Source: an uncultured Clostridia bacterium
GTDB lineage: Bacteria; Bacillota; Clostridia; Saccharofermentanales; DTU023
DNA length: 64,000 nucleotides
Reading direction: 5' to 3'
Assembly: GCA_937922005.1 (NCBI GenBank)
Contig: CAKZWV010000054.1
Span: forward strand, 11,855 to 75,854
Below the pieces are notes generated by a model. It was given only the letters and a program-made list of their open reading frames with translations. It did not search any database and was not told where the DNA came from. Numbering within the stretch: the stretch's first letter is position 1; every line of letters begins with the position of its first letter. The position numbers were made by a program, and so were the translations under genes. Below, piece after piece: positions 39,620 to 49,273 of the stretch.

Positions 39620-40930
39620 ATGTCTTCTTTGTCTCCTTCGTCTCTTTCGTCCCCTTCGTCTCTTTCATCTCCTTCGTCCCCTTTGTCGGCCACATCGTCG
39701 ACATTCCTTATACCCCCTAGTTCCCGGCCTTCCAGCTCTGAACTTCGGCCTGCCCCCGTATTGACCGTCGTCATGCCCTGCTACAACGAAGAGGAGGTTC
39801 TCCCCTCCACCAGCGTCACCATGCTAGCCCTTCTAGAAAAATGGGTAGATGCAGGCCTAATCGATCCGGCAAGCCGCCTTTGTCTCGTGAACGATGGATC
39901 CACAGACCGGACCTGGTCTATCATCCAAGACCTAGCCCTCGCCCGAGGAAGAGGGGAGGCCGCCCCATCAGGCCCAGATCCCACCCAATTAGGCGCAGAT
40001 CCCGCCCAATCAGGCGCAGATTCCACCGAATCAGGCGCAGATCCCACTGGAGGGCGACCTCCTGATTCCGGAGTCTGGGGAATCCAGTTCACCCGGAATT
40101 ATGGCCACCAGGCCGCTATTTTAGCCGGAATGATGACGGCGAAGCCCTACAGCGATTGCGTTGTGACCATCGATGCTGACCTCCAGGACGATCCGGAAAA
40201 AATAGCCGACATGGTCGAAGCCTATCGAAAGGGAGCAGAAATCGTCTACGGGGTTCGCCAGGCACGGACTACTGACACCGCCTTCAAACGCTCCACCGCC
40301 GAAGCCTACTACAAGATCATGAACCGCCTAGGGGCCCAGCTCATTTATAACCATGCTGATTTTCGTCTGATGAGCCAGCGGGCCCTGGAGGGGCTGGAGT
40401 ATTTTCACGAGGCTCACCTTTTTTTACGGGGGCTGATTCCCCGGCTAGGCTTGCCCTCCGCCCAAGTTACCTATGATAGGACGGCCCGGACTGCCGGCGA
40501 AAGCAAATACACTCTCCCCAAGATGCTCGCTCTGGCCTGGCATGGGCTTTTGGGCTTTTCGACTGCTATTCCTAAGTTTCTCACAGGAACGGGGATTTTC
40601 TTGGCTGGCCTGAGTTTTCTCATCGGCCTCGTGATGGCCCTTGCGCCCCTTTTTGGCGGTCATCCGGGAGCCCTGGCCTGGTTGACGGTATCCATCTGGT
40701 TCCTGGGAGGACTTATTCTCAGCGCCCTTGGCTATATGGCCCTGTTCCAGGTCGAGATTTTTCAGCAGACCCTGCAACGTCCCCCTTACTTGATCGCTGA
40801 TATCATAGGCAGGGAGCTCCATCGCCCAGGAAAAAAAGGTGCGCCAGGAGGAACCCCAGTGCCAGGAGAAACTTGGGCGCCAAGAGAAATCCATCATCCA
40901 GGAGGAACTCGTGACCAAGAAAAGTCCTAG
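39620..40930 (+). CDS. GT2 polyprenol-phosphate glycosyltransferase (CsbB/GtrB-like) with a Ser-rich N-terminus and a 4 x 7-aa insertion
   Basis: VVMPCYNEEEVL and DADLQDDPE, with two C-terminal TM helices. Confidence 0.8.
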   Translation: MSSLSPSSLSSPSSLSSPSSPLSATSSTFLIPPSSRPSSSELRPAPVLTVVMPCYNEEEVLPSTSVTMLALLEKWVDAGLIDPASRLCLVNDGSTDRTWSIIQDLALARGRGEAAPSGPDPTQLGADPAQSGADSTESGADPTGGRPPDSGVWGIQFTRNYGHQAAILAGMMTAKPYSDCVVTIDADLQDDPEKIADMVEAYRKGAEIVYGVRQARTTDTAFKRSTAEAYYKIMNRLGAQLIYNHADFRLMSQRALEGLEYFHEAHLFLRGLIPRLGLPSAQVTYDRTARTAGESKYTLPKMLALAWHGLLGFSTAIPKFLTGTGIFLAGLSFLIGLVMALAPLFGGHPGALAWLTVSIWFLGGLILSALGYMALFQVEIFQQTLQRPPYLIADIIGRELHRPGKKGAPGGTPVPGETWAPREIHHPGGTRDQEKS

Positions 40931-43900
40931 ACGAACCCAGGTAATCCCCTGGGTTGGACCCTACCTCCCGCAAAAGGAGCGTAACCAAGCGGCCCCGTGT
41001 TGGGCCGCTCTTTTTGCTTGCCTTCTTGCCCTTGCTTGCTTTTTGCCCACCCTGATTGAGAATCGGGGGCAGTTCTACTTGACCAATGACTTCAACGAGC
41101 AGCAAATTCCTTTCAACATATACGTCAATGCCAGTCTCAAGGAGGCCATCCGAGCGCACTTTTCACCTACAGGCGAGGCCATCCGAGCGCACTTTGCACC
41201 CACAGACAAGGCCCAGGAGGACAGCATATCTGCAGGAGGTACCCAGCAATCCCTTGCCTCGGACTCATTAGCTTCCCAGCCTTCCCCGCCTACTCCATCA
41301 TCGCCAGCTACCCCGCCCACCTCATCCCCTTCCGCCTCCCTCATCGGCCGACGAACCGTGGATACCAAGACCTACCTGGCCGAACACCCGCCCCGACCAC
41401 CCCATCCTGGTGCCCAGTGGGCCTACGACTTTGATCTCGGCTCCCCCCTGGTGGGACAATTTGCTTTTTATAACCTTGGAAGCCCATTTTTCTGGCTCTA
41501 CTTCCTTTTTCCACCGGAATCCTTCTACTACCTGAGCGCCATCCTCCTCATCCTCAAATACTCCCTCGCCGCTTTTTCCGCCTCTCGTTATGCCAGCCTT
41601 TTTTTCCGCAAGGGCAAGTGGATTATTCTGACCGGTCTCCTCTACGCTTTTTCGGCTTTTCAGACGGTTAACCTCGTTTTTAATCATTTTCATGAGGTGG
41701 TTGCCCTCTTTCCTTTTTTACTGATTGCCTTAGAAAAGCTCCTCCGTGAGGGGAAGAGAGTCCAATTTCTTGGGGTAGCCGCCCTGTGCTGTCTTTGTAA
41801 TTATTTTTTCTTTGTTTCGGAAATCGTTTTCCTGGCCATATACTTCCTCATTCGTTTTATCTTGCCCAGCTTCCTAGGACCACAGCGGATCAGCCTCAAG
41901 ACCTATGGGCGGGCTTTCCTGGCTCAGGTCAGGACCATCGCCCTGGAGGGACTCTTAGGCATCCTCCTTGCTGGTATCCTCCTCGTGCCTGCCTATGCTA
42001 ATGTCAAGGGCAATCCCCGGGTCAGCGAAGGGGATGAAGTCCCCCTTGTCTGGGAACGAAGCGACCGCCTTTACATGGCCAAATCCTTTTTCCTCCCGGC
42101 TGATACTCCCTGGAGGGAAACCACCTATTACAAATCCTATTGGAATTCCATCGCCTATGCTCTGCCCTTTTTTGGGGCCCTAGCCTGGCTGACCTACCTC
42201 TTAGCCGGATCTTGGAACTTTTTACGAGGAATATTGGTGGTATCGGGAGTATTTGCCCTATTTCCTAAGCTAAATGCCCTATTCTACCTGAATCAAGCTT
42301 ACGATTACCGGCGCTGGTACTTCATGCCTATTCTTTTTGCCAGCCTGGCGACGGCCGCCCTCATGCGAGGCTTGGAGGCCGGTAGCCTCCGCCTCTGGCC
42401 TGCCCCCAAGTCTCGTTCCCGTCAGCTTCCACCAGACCCCCTGCCTAAGGAATCTGTAACAAATCCTCCCCAAGCTTTTTCACAACATAAGCGCCCAGCC
42501 AGGAGGAGAGGGGCCTGGGTCCAATCCCACGCCCTGCTCCTGGCTGTGGGAATTATGGGCCTCATCCTCTGCGGATACTTTCAGGAAAAGAAGAAATTTA
42601 TCGATGACATCCCCCGGGAAGACCGGGTTGACCACTATTTTGCTATCAATCCTAAGCCTGAAAAGAAGCCTACAGGTACCCGCGAATTAGCCTCCGACAG
42701 CCCCAACTCAGGCGCCGAAAGCGCCAGCTACGCTTCGGATCTCCGCAACCCGGCCTCTGAGGCCTTTGATCCCCAAGATCCCGATCCCAAGGGCCTCTGC
42801 CAACTTCGCAACCAGGCTCTCTTTGGCTTTTTTGGGACGCTGTCCCTCCTTATTGCCCTGCAAGTACTCCATGACCTCCGCCAGCCAGCCCCCACCCCAG
42901 TCCAGAAGGGTGCAGGTTCGGCTCATGCCCCCACCCTAGTCCAGAAGGGGACGGGCTCGGCCCCTGCCCCCACCCCTATTCTCAGCTCTGTCACCGCAAC
43001 AGGCCTGAGCATAGCCATCATTCTTGGCAACTGGACCTACATCGATCGGGCCCATATGGTCTACAACGACGAGCGCAACGGCCCCTTCACCCTGCGAGCC
43101 GAAGCTAGCTTCCTTCTCGACCAACTGCCCGCCGACGCCCAAGCCTACCGCTTCTATCAGACCTGGCTCCCCCGCAACATCGGCTGCCTCAGCGGCCTCT
43201 GCGACCTCCGAGCCTTCACCAGCACCGTCGATGGCCCCCTCTTTGCCTATCACCGCTACTTCGGCCGCTATCGTACCGTCCACTCCGACTACAAAAACCC
43301 CGCCGAGTCCACCCTCCTCGGCGAACGCTTCTACCTGAGCTCCTACCCGGCCTACTCCACCCTCCAAGCCCACAAAGACCTTATCCTCCGAGCAGTCCTC
43401 CTCTACAATCCGACCACCCCCTGGGATTCCCAACTCACCCTCCTTACCAATACTCCCTGGCTCAGTCTTTCTTCCTCTTTTCCGCCTCTTCTCAGCTCAG
43501 CCTCGCGGACTCCAGCTAGCACCCCTGCCAGTTCCAGCCCGTTTTCCCTCGCACAAGCCACATCCAAGGCCATGGAGGAGGAGGTCCACGCTGCCTGTGC
43601 GTCAGGCCAATCCGCCATATATCTCTATGAAAGAACCAAAGCCCTTCCCCTCGGATTCCTCTACCGCAGATACTCCCTTGTTGATGATGTCCAGGACGTC
43701 ATGATGTTCCACGTGGAACATTTGCCAACGGGTCAGGGAAAATACGAGGCTTATCGGACTTCCAATAAAGCCTTGTCTTTTCTAGCCTCCTTGCCTATAG
43801 CTCAAAAAGACCTAGACCGGGCCGCAGCCTACGGAGAGAGATGCTTACCTACAGATCTTTTGACGCAGCCCGCCGAACCAGACACAATTGTCGATCACGA

Positions 43901-44495
43901 CAACCCTGACGACTCTGCCAGTCCTGCCGAACCCGCCGAACCGTGGGCTACCTGGGTTGACGAAACGGAGAAGACCAACGAAAATGACAAGGAACAAGAA
44001 GTTGACTGGGAGGGCCAGGTAAAAAAGATCCAAGATTTTCTCGTAGACCGCCACCTCCAAGATGCCCAAGCCCATAATTGGCGTCGGGACAGTCAGGGCC
44101 TGCACTTTACCATTGACGTAGGCAATCGGCCAGGCCTATATTTTCTGTCCATCCCGGCAAGCAGGGGCTGGCATTGCAAGATCGACGGAGAAGAGGAGGA
44201 GATCTTCACCGTGGCTGGTCTTATGGCTGTTGGACTTTCTCCCGGATCCCACCAAGTGGACTTCCTTTTTAAGGACCCATTTTTGGCCCTTGGCCTTAAA
44301 GTGACTGCCCTCGCCCTCATTCTCACGGCCCTCTATGGGGGCCTGGTCCTCCTCTTCAAGCGCCCATCCACCCCATCTACTCAATCCACTTCATCCAGCC
44401 CATCCAGTCCATCTACCCCCTCCACCCAATTCATTTCATCCAGCCCATCTAGTCCATCTACCCCATCCATTCCTTCAAGAAAGGAGCTCTCATGA
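40911..44495 (+). CDS. yfhO: YfhO-family polytopic membrane glycosyltransferase (very long, multiple low-complexity inserts)
   Basis: Many TM helices, an N-terminal LTNDFNEQQIPFNIY (D..Q..PF) motif, and a position immediately after a CsbB-like GT2. The ORF opens at 40839, but GTG 40911 has GGAGG 5 nt upstream. Overlaps the GT2 gene. Confidence 0.7.
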   Translation: MTKKSPRRTQVIPWVGPYLPQKERNQAAPCWAALFACLLALACFLPTLIENRGQFYLTNDFNEQQIPFNIYVNASLKEAIRAHFSPTGEAIRAHFAPTDKAQEDSISAGGTQQSLASDSLASQPSPPTPSSPATPPTSSPSASLIGRRTVDTKTYLAEHPPRPPHPGAQWAYDFDLGSPLVGQFAFYNLGSPFFWLYFLFPPESFYYLSAILLILKYSLAAFSASRYASLFFRKGKWIILTGLLYAFSAFQTVNLVFNHFHEVVALFPFLLIALEKLLREGKRVQFLGVAALCCLCNYFFFVSEIVFLAIYFLIRFILPSFLGPQRISLKTYGRAFLAQVRTIALEGLLGILLAGILLVPAYANVKGNPRVSEGDEVPLVWERSDRLYMAKSFFLPADTPWRETTYYKSYWNSIAYALPFFGALAWLTYLLAGSWNFLRGILVVSGVFALFPKLNALFYLNQAYDYRRWYFMPILFASLATAALMRGLEAGSLRLWPAPKSRSRQLPPDPLPKESVTNPPQAFSQHKRPARRRGAWVQSHALLLAVGIMGLILCGYFQEKKKFIDDIPREDRVDHYFAINPKPEKKPTGTRELASDSPNSGAESASYASDLRNPASEAFDPQDPDPKGLCQLRNQALFGFFGTLSLLIALQVLHDLRQPAPTPVQKGAGSAHAPTLVQKGTGSAPAPTPILSSVTATGLSIAIILGNWTYIDRAHMVYNDERNGPFTLRAEASFLLDQLPADAQAYRFYQTWLPRNIGCLSGLCDLRAFTSTVDGPLFAYHRYFGRYRTVHSDYKNPAESTLLGERFYLSSYPAYSTLQAHKDLILRAVLLYNPTTPWDSQLTLLTNTPWLSLSSSFPPLLSSASRTPASTPASSSPFSLAQATSKAMEEEVHAACASGQSAIYLYERTKALPLGFLYRRYSLVDDVQDVMMFHVEHLPTGQGKYEAYRTSNKALSFLASLPIAQKDLDRAAAYGERCLPTDLLTQPAEPDTIVDHDNPDDSASPAEPAEPWATWVDETEKTNENDKEQEVDWEGQVKKIQDFLVDRHLQDAQAHNWRRDSQGLHFTIDVGNRPGLYFLSIPASRGWHCKIDGEEEEIFTVAGLMAVGLSPGSHQVDFLFKDPFLALGLKVTALALILTALYGGLVLLFKRPSTPSTQSTSSSPSSPSTPSTQFISSSPSSPSTPSIPSRKELS
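43704..43721. other. parS: parS site 4, intragenic (18-bp perfect palindrome ATGTTCCACGTGGAACAT)
   Basis: The 16-bp core is identical to the three intergenic sites. Lies inside the yfhO-like CDS and encodes MFHVEH. Confidence 0.75.
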
Positions 44496-45199
44496 ACATC
44501 CAATACACTAGCATCGCCCTAGCGGATGCCCTTACCACTGTCTGGTCCGGTGGAACAACCACTGAACTCTTCCTTTACCCCAAGGGAAAAACCTATAAGG
44601 ATCGGACCTTTGAAGCTCGGATTTCTTCCGCTACCGTCGACCTTCCTAAATCCACCTATACTAGTCTTCCCGGGGTTGATCGCTTTTTATCCCCCCTAGA
44701 AAATCCCTTTACCCTCAGCCATCCTGGCACCAATCTAAGAACGACACATTTGCAGCCCTTTGAAGTCTATGCTTTCTCTGGTGACCTTCCGACTGAATGC
44801 GAGGGAACCGGGAGAGACTTCAACCTTATGGTCCGAGGCGGAATGGCAGGAACCATGGTCCCCATCAGGGAATCTTTCACCCCTAACTGGCCAGGAGGAG
44901 CGACCGAACGATTCATATATCTCTACTATGCCGGCCAGTCTGAGAGAGAGAAAGAGGGGCAAGATAGAGAAGAGGAAAAGGCGAGAGAGGAGAGGGAGAA
45001 CCTCCAGATCAAGCTCAGCACAGGACAACAACTCGTACTATCCCCCCAGACCCTCCTCCTTGTGACCCTAGATGCTCCTACGGACACCGCCGCTTCCACA
45101 GGTCCCAGCCTTCACCTTGCTAGTAGCTCTGGGCTTCCCCTCCAAGGAGGCGCCCTCCAAGGAGACACCCTCCTAGGAGGCACCATCTACCGGCCTTAA
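44492..45199 (+). CDS. HutD/Ves-like (DUF886) protein with an acidic and a low-complexity C-terminal part
   Basis: VWSGGTTTELFLYP...FEARISSATVDLPKSTYTSLPGVDRFL matches the HutD pattern W-x-GG-x-T-x-E ... R-[IL]-S-x-A ... G-[VI]-D-R. ATGA overlap with yfhO. Confidence 0.55.
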   Translation: MNIQYTSIALADALTTVWSGGTTTELFLYPKGKTYKDRTFEARISSATVDLPKSTYTSLPGVDRFLSPLENPFTLSHPGTNLRTTHLQPFEVYAFSGDLPTECEGTGRDFNLMVRGGMAGTMVPIRESFTPNWPGGATERFIYLYYAGQSEREKEGQDREEEKAREERENLQIKLSTGQQLVLSPQTLLLVTLDAPTDTAASTGPSLHLASSSGLPLQGGALQGDTLLGGTIYRP

Positions 45200-45324
45200 C
45201 TTTTCCGGGCGGGGCCTTCTACCGGCTTCCAACTCCCTTACCGGGAGCCAGCGTCAACAAGACCGACACCGCCCCATGCTCGTTCCTCCACCGATCCCCA
45301 ATTCCCCTTCCGGCCCTTTCTGCC

Positions 45325-45353
45325 TTGCTTTTTAGGCCCTTACCGGCTAGAAT
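45325..45353 (+). promoter_or_regulatory. Sigma-A-like promoter upstream of the two small unknown genes
   Basis: TTGCTT, a 17-nt spacer, then TAGAAT, followed by a leader hairpin (GCAAATC-agccgaac-GATTTGC). Confidence 0.5.
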
Positions 45354-45415
45354 AGAGAAAGTGGCATGCAAATCAGCCGAACGATTTGCCACTGATAATT
45401 GATACGGAGGTAATT

Positions 45416-45826
45416 ATGGCAGACGATTTTAGTATTCTATCGTTAAGCACTATGTACTCAGGAGACGTTGCCGCAAATATTCAGCAGTTCCTCCAACAAC
45501 TGCAGAAGGAACGGGCCGTTCTGGTAGCTGAGTCCAACCATGCGCAACCCAGCTTCGTGGCAGTTACCCTTACCGAAATGGATAAGTGCTCGAATATTTT
45601 GCTGTCCAATGATCCTGAGAAACTTGGCAAATTATGTGTGCACTTGCTTCACGATTATAGAGCCTACGAGGGAAGTCAGACCCTCGGAGAAAAGATGGAA
45701 CCCTTTATGGCATCTCAGCAGAACATCGATGATCTCAAGCATATGCTTACGATGCAAGGATTAGACGACCTGAGTTTAGATTCCGCCATGACTGGGATGG
45801 ACTTTGATTCTGATAGCATGATGTAA
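45416..45826 (+). CDS. Hypothetical acidic protein (137 aa)
   Basis: GGAGG lies 7 nt upstream of the ATG at 45416. I recognise no family. The ORF-track start at 45386 is less likely. Confidence 0.55.
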   Translation: MADDFSILSLSTMYSGDVAANIQQFLQQLQKERAVLVAESNHAQPSFVAVTLTEMDKCSNILLSNDPEKLGKLCVHLLHDYRAYEGSQTLGEKMEPFMASQQNIDDLKHMLTMQGLDDLSLDSAMTGMDFDSDSMM

Positions 45827-45837
45827 GGAGGAAATTC

Positions 45838-46134
45838 ATGGCATTCGACATTACTCAAGACCTCAACATGGTCACGATACAATTCCTTACGGAAAACCCC
45901 CAGGCTTGCGTCCAGCTCATGCATGATAAGGGAACCCTTACAGTCTATGACCCCGCAACGGGCCAGGCTGTAGCCCAACTTTTCACCATGGCCTTCTGGG
46001 ATTATGTTTTTTCTCTGTACAGCAGTGGAAAAGCTAATGAAGTTGGTGAAATTTGCTATAAATATATGCCCGGAATGACGGGCCTTGAGGCGGCGAAGCA
46101 GATCTATGCGATCCGCAACCCCGGGCAACAGTAA
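45838..46134 (+). CDS. Hypothetical protein (98 aa)
   Basis: AAGGAGG lies 7 nt upstream of the ATG, which is 11 nt after the previous stop (operon). I recognise no family. Confidence 0.55.
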   Translation: MAFDITQDLNMVTIQFLTENPQACVQLMHDKGTLTVYDPATGQAVAQLFTMAFWDYVFSLYSSGKANEVGEICYKYMPGMTGLEAAKQIYAIRNPGQQ

Positions 46135-46364
46135 AGCCAGCATAATTAACACGCAAGGAGAAGGCGCAAGCCTTCGGGTCTAAACGAAGTTGTAAGAAGG
46201 TACCGCTAATACCATCTTTGAAGAAAGTAGGCCCCTTTCTAAAAAACAGTAAGTGATGTTCGGTCGCTTACTACCTATATTCTCTGCGGCATACCGTTAC
46301 CCTGCCAGGCAGGACAACGGCATCCGGAGCCAGAGCCTCTAGGTCCCAACTTCACCAATACAAA

Positions 46365-46397
46365 AACCCTGTTTCCACCGTAGCAGGGCTTTTTTTT
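46365..46397 (+). terminator. Weak stem plus T8 intrinsic terminator
   Basis: CCCTG-tttccaccgtag-CAGGG followed by C and a T8 run. Confidence 0.5.
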
Positions 46398-46563
46398 GCC
46401 CAAAAAACTCCGCCCCTCCTGGAAGGCTGTCCCCTGTTGCCATATTTCCTTCCAGGGCTCCTGTCCTGTTATCCACAGTAGCTATGCACCATTCACCCCT
46501 ATCCACAACATCCTATCCTCAGCCCCCCACCCTCAACAAATTCTCCTGTTTCGGCCTCCTTTT

Positions 46564-46592
46564 TTGTCTTCCTTCCCCATCTATGCTATACT
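46564..46592 (+). promoter_or_regulatory. Sigma-A-like promoter upstream of the HTH gene
   Basis: TTGTCT, a 17-nt spacer, then TATACT. Confidence 0.4.
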
Positions 46593-46635
46593 GAACTCTA
46601 AGAATCGTTCAAAATTAAACTAACCCTAATATGAC

Positions 46636-47103
46636 ATGAGCGAACTAACGACACTAACGAATAAACAAGCAAGGGTAGGTAGGATAAACAAATCGAACAG
46701 GGGGGCCAGATTTATGAAAACGCCGATTAGATATGATCATAAGACGAAAGTCAGCGTTACTGAAGACTATCGCTCCGGGGCTTACAGCTACCGGGAACTT
46801 AGCGACAAGTACGGGATTGCCGTGTCTACGATCCGTCAATGGGTGCTCAAGGCTGGCATCACTCCCAGTAAAAAGAAATATCGCAACGGGGAAAAGCCCC
46901 CCACTGCTCAACCAATCCTCCAGCCTAGCTCAGCCAGCGCAGGAGCCTCCCAAACAACGTCAACCCAAGTGCCTGCAGTTCTGCCGGCCAAGAAGCTGGC
47001 ACCCTTAGCGCAAACTACGCAAGAAGTATCAAGAATGAAGGCCCTGGAACGTCGCAGAATTCAACTCGAAATTGAGTTAGCTACCCTAAGGAGCCTCCTT
47101 TAG
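46636..47103 (+). CDS. Helix-turn-helix protein resembling IS3-type OrfA (HTH plus C-terminal leucine-zipper-like helix)
   Basis: YSYRELSDKYGIAVSTIRQWVLKAG is the HTH, and the C-terminus is ALERRRIQLEIELATLRSLL. The start may instead be ATG 46714 (MKTPIRYD). No OrfB follows. Confidence 0.5.
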   Translation: MSELTTLTNKQARVGRINKSNRGARFMKTPIRYDHKTKVSVTEDYRSGAYSYRELSDKYGIAVSTIRQWVLKAGITPSKKKYRNGEKPPTAQPILQPSSASAGASQTTSTQVPAVLPAKKLAPLAQTTQEVSRMKALERRRIQLEIELATLRSLL

Positions 47104-47178
47104 GCGATGCTACCAAGCTATGGAAACGAGTCCCGACCTTAGCTGGGACCCACGCTGACCAGGTGGAGGAGGCCCACA

Positions 47179-49260
47179 ATGAGCCAAAATAAGAATCTAT
47201 ACCGCCTCTTCTTGATAATAAGCTGCCTTGTGGCTTTGGGATTATTTGTTGCTCCCTACCTCAAGATTGTTTTTCAGCCTTCCAGTGAGGCCGTACCAGA
47301 AAAAATTTTTTTCGTTAAGAATGTGCCCGGTTATCGTCTGGTGTTTGGCGGGGACTTGGCTTCTTTTGCCACGTCTGCGGCCCCCCTATCTTCTTCGAGT
47401 CAAAATCCAGCCGACATCTTGCAGGATTTTCCGTCCGGAGCCGTTGTGGTTGAAAAGTTCCCCTGGGCGGCCCTGACTTGTTTGCCCGCCCTGCTTGGGA
47501 TTATTCTGGCCATCTGTGCGCCTACAGCAGAAAAACTCACGGAATATTCGGTCTATTTGACCGGAATCAACGTCATTACCCTCTGTTCTCTGATGGTGCC
47601 CTTTACGGCCATCCTTCAGGGGGCGAATACGCCTTCCCTCATTAGCAACCTTCAGTACAGTATGCATTATCGGATGGCCTGGGGCCTCTGTAGCCAATTT
47701 GGGGTGGCCCTGGTCCAGCTCGGGACGGCGGTAACCCAGTACTACTACCAGCGCCTGAAAAAAGCTCGAGACAAGAAGATGAACTTGGCAAGGTTCCAGT
47801 TTAAAAAGACCTCTATGAAGGATAATACTGTCTCCGACATGCCTTCCCTGTCAACCTCTGCCAGTACCCCAGCCACTGGCCAGCCAGACCCCAATGCCAA
47901 TCTTAACCCCAATGCCAATCCCTATGCCAAGATCAATCCCAGCACCAACGTTAACTATCCGGCCGACTCTTCCATGATGGGGGCCATGAAGCTCACCAAT
48001 CCGCCAGATCCTTCCATGATGGGGGCTGTCCATCCGATGGGGAGTTTTCAATCTATGAGAAAATATCCCCTCTTAGGGAATCGCTTCTTTATGGGCAACA
48101 CAGCTTTGGGCCCCCATCCGACTAGCAACCCCACTATTCCAATCCCCACTCCCACCAGTAATTCCGCTATTCCAACCCCCAGTTCAGCAAATACTCCTAA
48201 CCCCATCCAGGCTCAGCCCAATCTCATTCCGGGAACCTATCCCGGGGCTTTGAGTTCGGCTCTAGCGGGGGCGGAGGGAGAATTTGCTCCACAAATTGAC
48301 TCTGATTTAGGACCGGATGAGGCCAATGGGGAACCGTTCCGCCTGGCCCTGGCCCATGAAGAGGCGGCTATCGCCGATCCAGAGGGTATGGCTCTCGATC
48401 AGCAAAACGAGAAGAATTCCCTGACCATTGACGGGGGTTCGCCTGCACGGAACTCTGCCACCCAGGCCTCCGTGGTGCAAAGATCCATTGCCCAGGGGTC
48501 CTTTGCCAAGGGACCTGTGCCCCAAGGACCATCTGCTCCAAAGCAAAATCCCCAAACGTCCGTGGTTCAGAGGGCAATTGCGCAAGCTCCTGGCGTGCTG
48601 GCGCAAGCGCCTGATATGGTGGCCCCAGCCCCCGATTTAATAGCCCAAGACCCCATGCAACAAGCGATAACGGGGCTTGATCAGTCGATGAGTACTTTTG
48701 CCAGTCAGCGTAGGCAAAGCCAGCAAATAGGCCGAGGCCGATCTTCCTTGGCCATCCTCCGTCAAACTGAGCTTTCCAAGAGCCTAGCTGATGAGGCTGC
48801 CAAGGCAGCTAGTGAAATTAAATTACAAGATGAAACGGTGAAAGGCATGCAGATGTCGGAAACCCTTACCGGAGCCAATTCCACGGGCCTTTCGGATGGA
48901 GAGAAGCTCCTAGCCAGTTTCTTGCCCGGGTCCCAGCGGTCCGGGGAGCAGAAGACGGTCCAAAAGCCGATCGGCAGCTATGCGATGATTGATATGGATG
49001 GGGCAACAGGAGCCAATGAGATCTTTATGAGTGCTAGCGCCAGGGATACTGAAAATGGTAAAGTAGCCCAGAACCAGCAAGAGTCAGAAGTCGTCCTAGA
49101 GGGGGCCAAGGGAGAAAAGATGGCCCAAGGAGAGGCTAAGCTGGCAAAGAATTCTGTAACGCCAGGTAATCATCCAAAGGGCGGATCAGCCCAACCAGGG
49201 ACCCAGTCAAAGACCAAGCCTTTAGCGAAAGCTGGGCCTGGTGTTCATAAAAAGTGGTAA
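47179..49260 (+). CDS. Hypothetical membrane protein with a ~480-aa Pro/Ala/Gln/Asn-rich disordered tail
   Basis: About 5 N-terminal TM helices, then repeat-rich low-complexity sequence (NANLNPNANPYAKINP; SVVQRSIAQG...SVVQRAIAQA). Confidence 0.55.
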   Translation: MSQNKNLYRLFLIISCLVALGLFVAPYLKIVFQPSSEAVPEKIFFVKNVPGYRLVFGGDLASFATSAAPLSSSSQNPADILQDFPSGAVVVEKFPWAALTCLPALLGIILAICAPTAEKLTEYSVYLTGINVITLCSLMVPFTAILQGANTPSLISNLQYSMHYRMAWGLCSQFGVALVQLGTAVTQYYYQRLKKARDKKMNLARFQFKKTSMKDNTVSDMPSLSTSASTPATGQPDPNANLNPNANPYAKINPSTNVNYPADSSMMGAMKLTNPPDPSMMGAVHPMGSFQSMRKYPLLGNRFFMGNTALGPHPTSNPTIPIPTPTSNSAIPTPSSANTPNPIQAQPNLIPGTYPGALSSALAGAEGEFAPQIDSDLGPDEANGEPFRLALAHEEAAIADPEGMALDQQNEKNSLTIDGGSPARNSATQASVVQRSIAQGSFAKGPVPQGPSAPKQNPQTSVVQRAIAQAPGVLAQAPDMVAPAPDLIAQDPMQQAITGLDQSMSTFASQRRQSQQIGRGRSSLAILRQTELSKSLADEAAKAASEIKLQDETVKGMQMSETLTGANSTGLSDGEKLLASFLPGSQRSGEQKTVQKPIGSYAMIDMDGATGANEIFMSASARDTENGKVAQNQQESEVVLEGAKGEKMAQGEAKLAKNSVTPGNHPKGGSAQPGTQSKTKPLAKAGPGVHKKW

Positions 49261-49273
49261 ACAGCTTAAAAAA

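Noticed and set aside
40839-40910. Upstream extension of the yfhO-like ORF (MRQEEPQCQEK...).
   Set aside because: It overlaps the 3' end of the GT2 gene in another frame. GTG 40911 with GGAGG 5 nt upstream is a better start.
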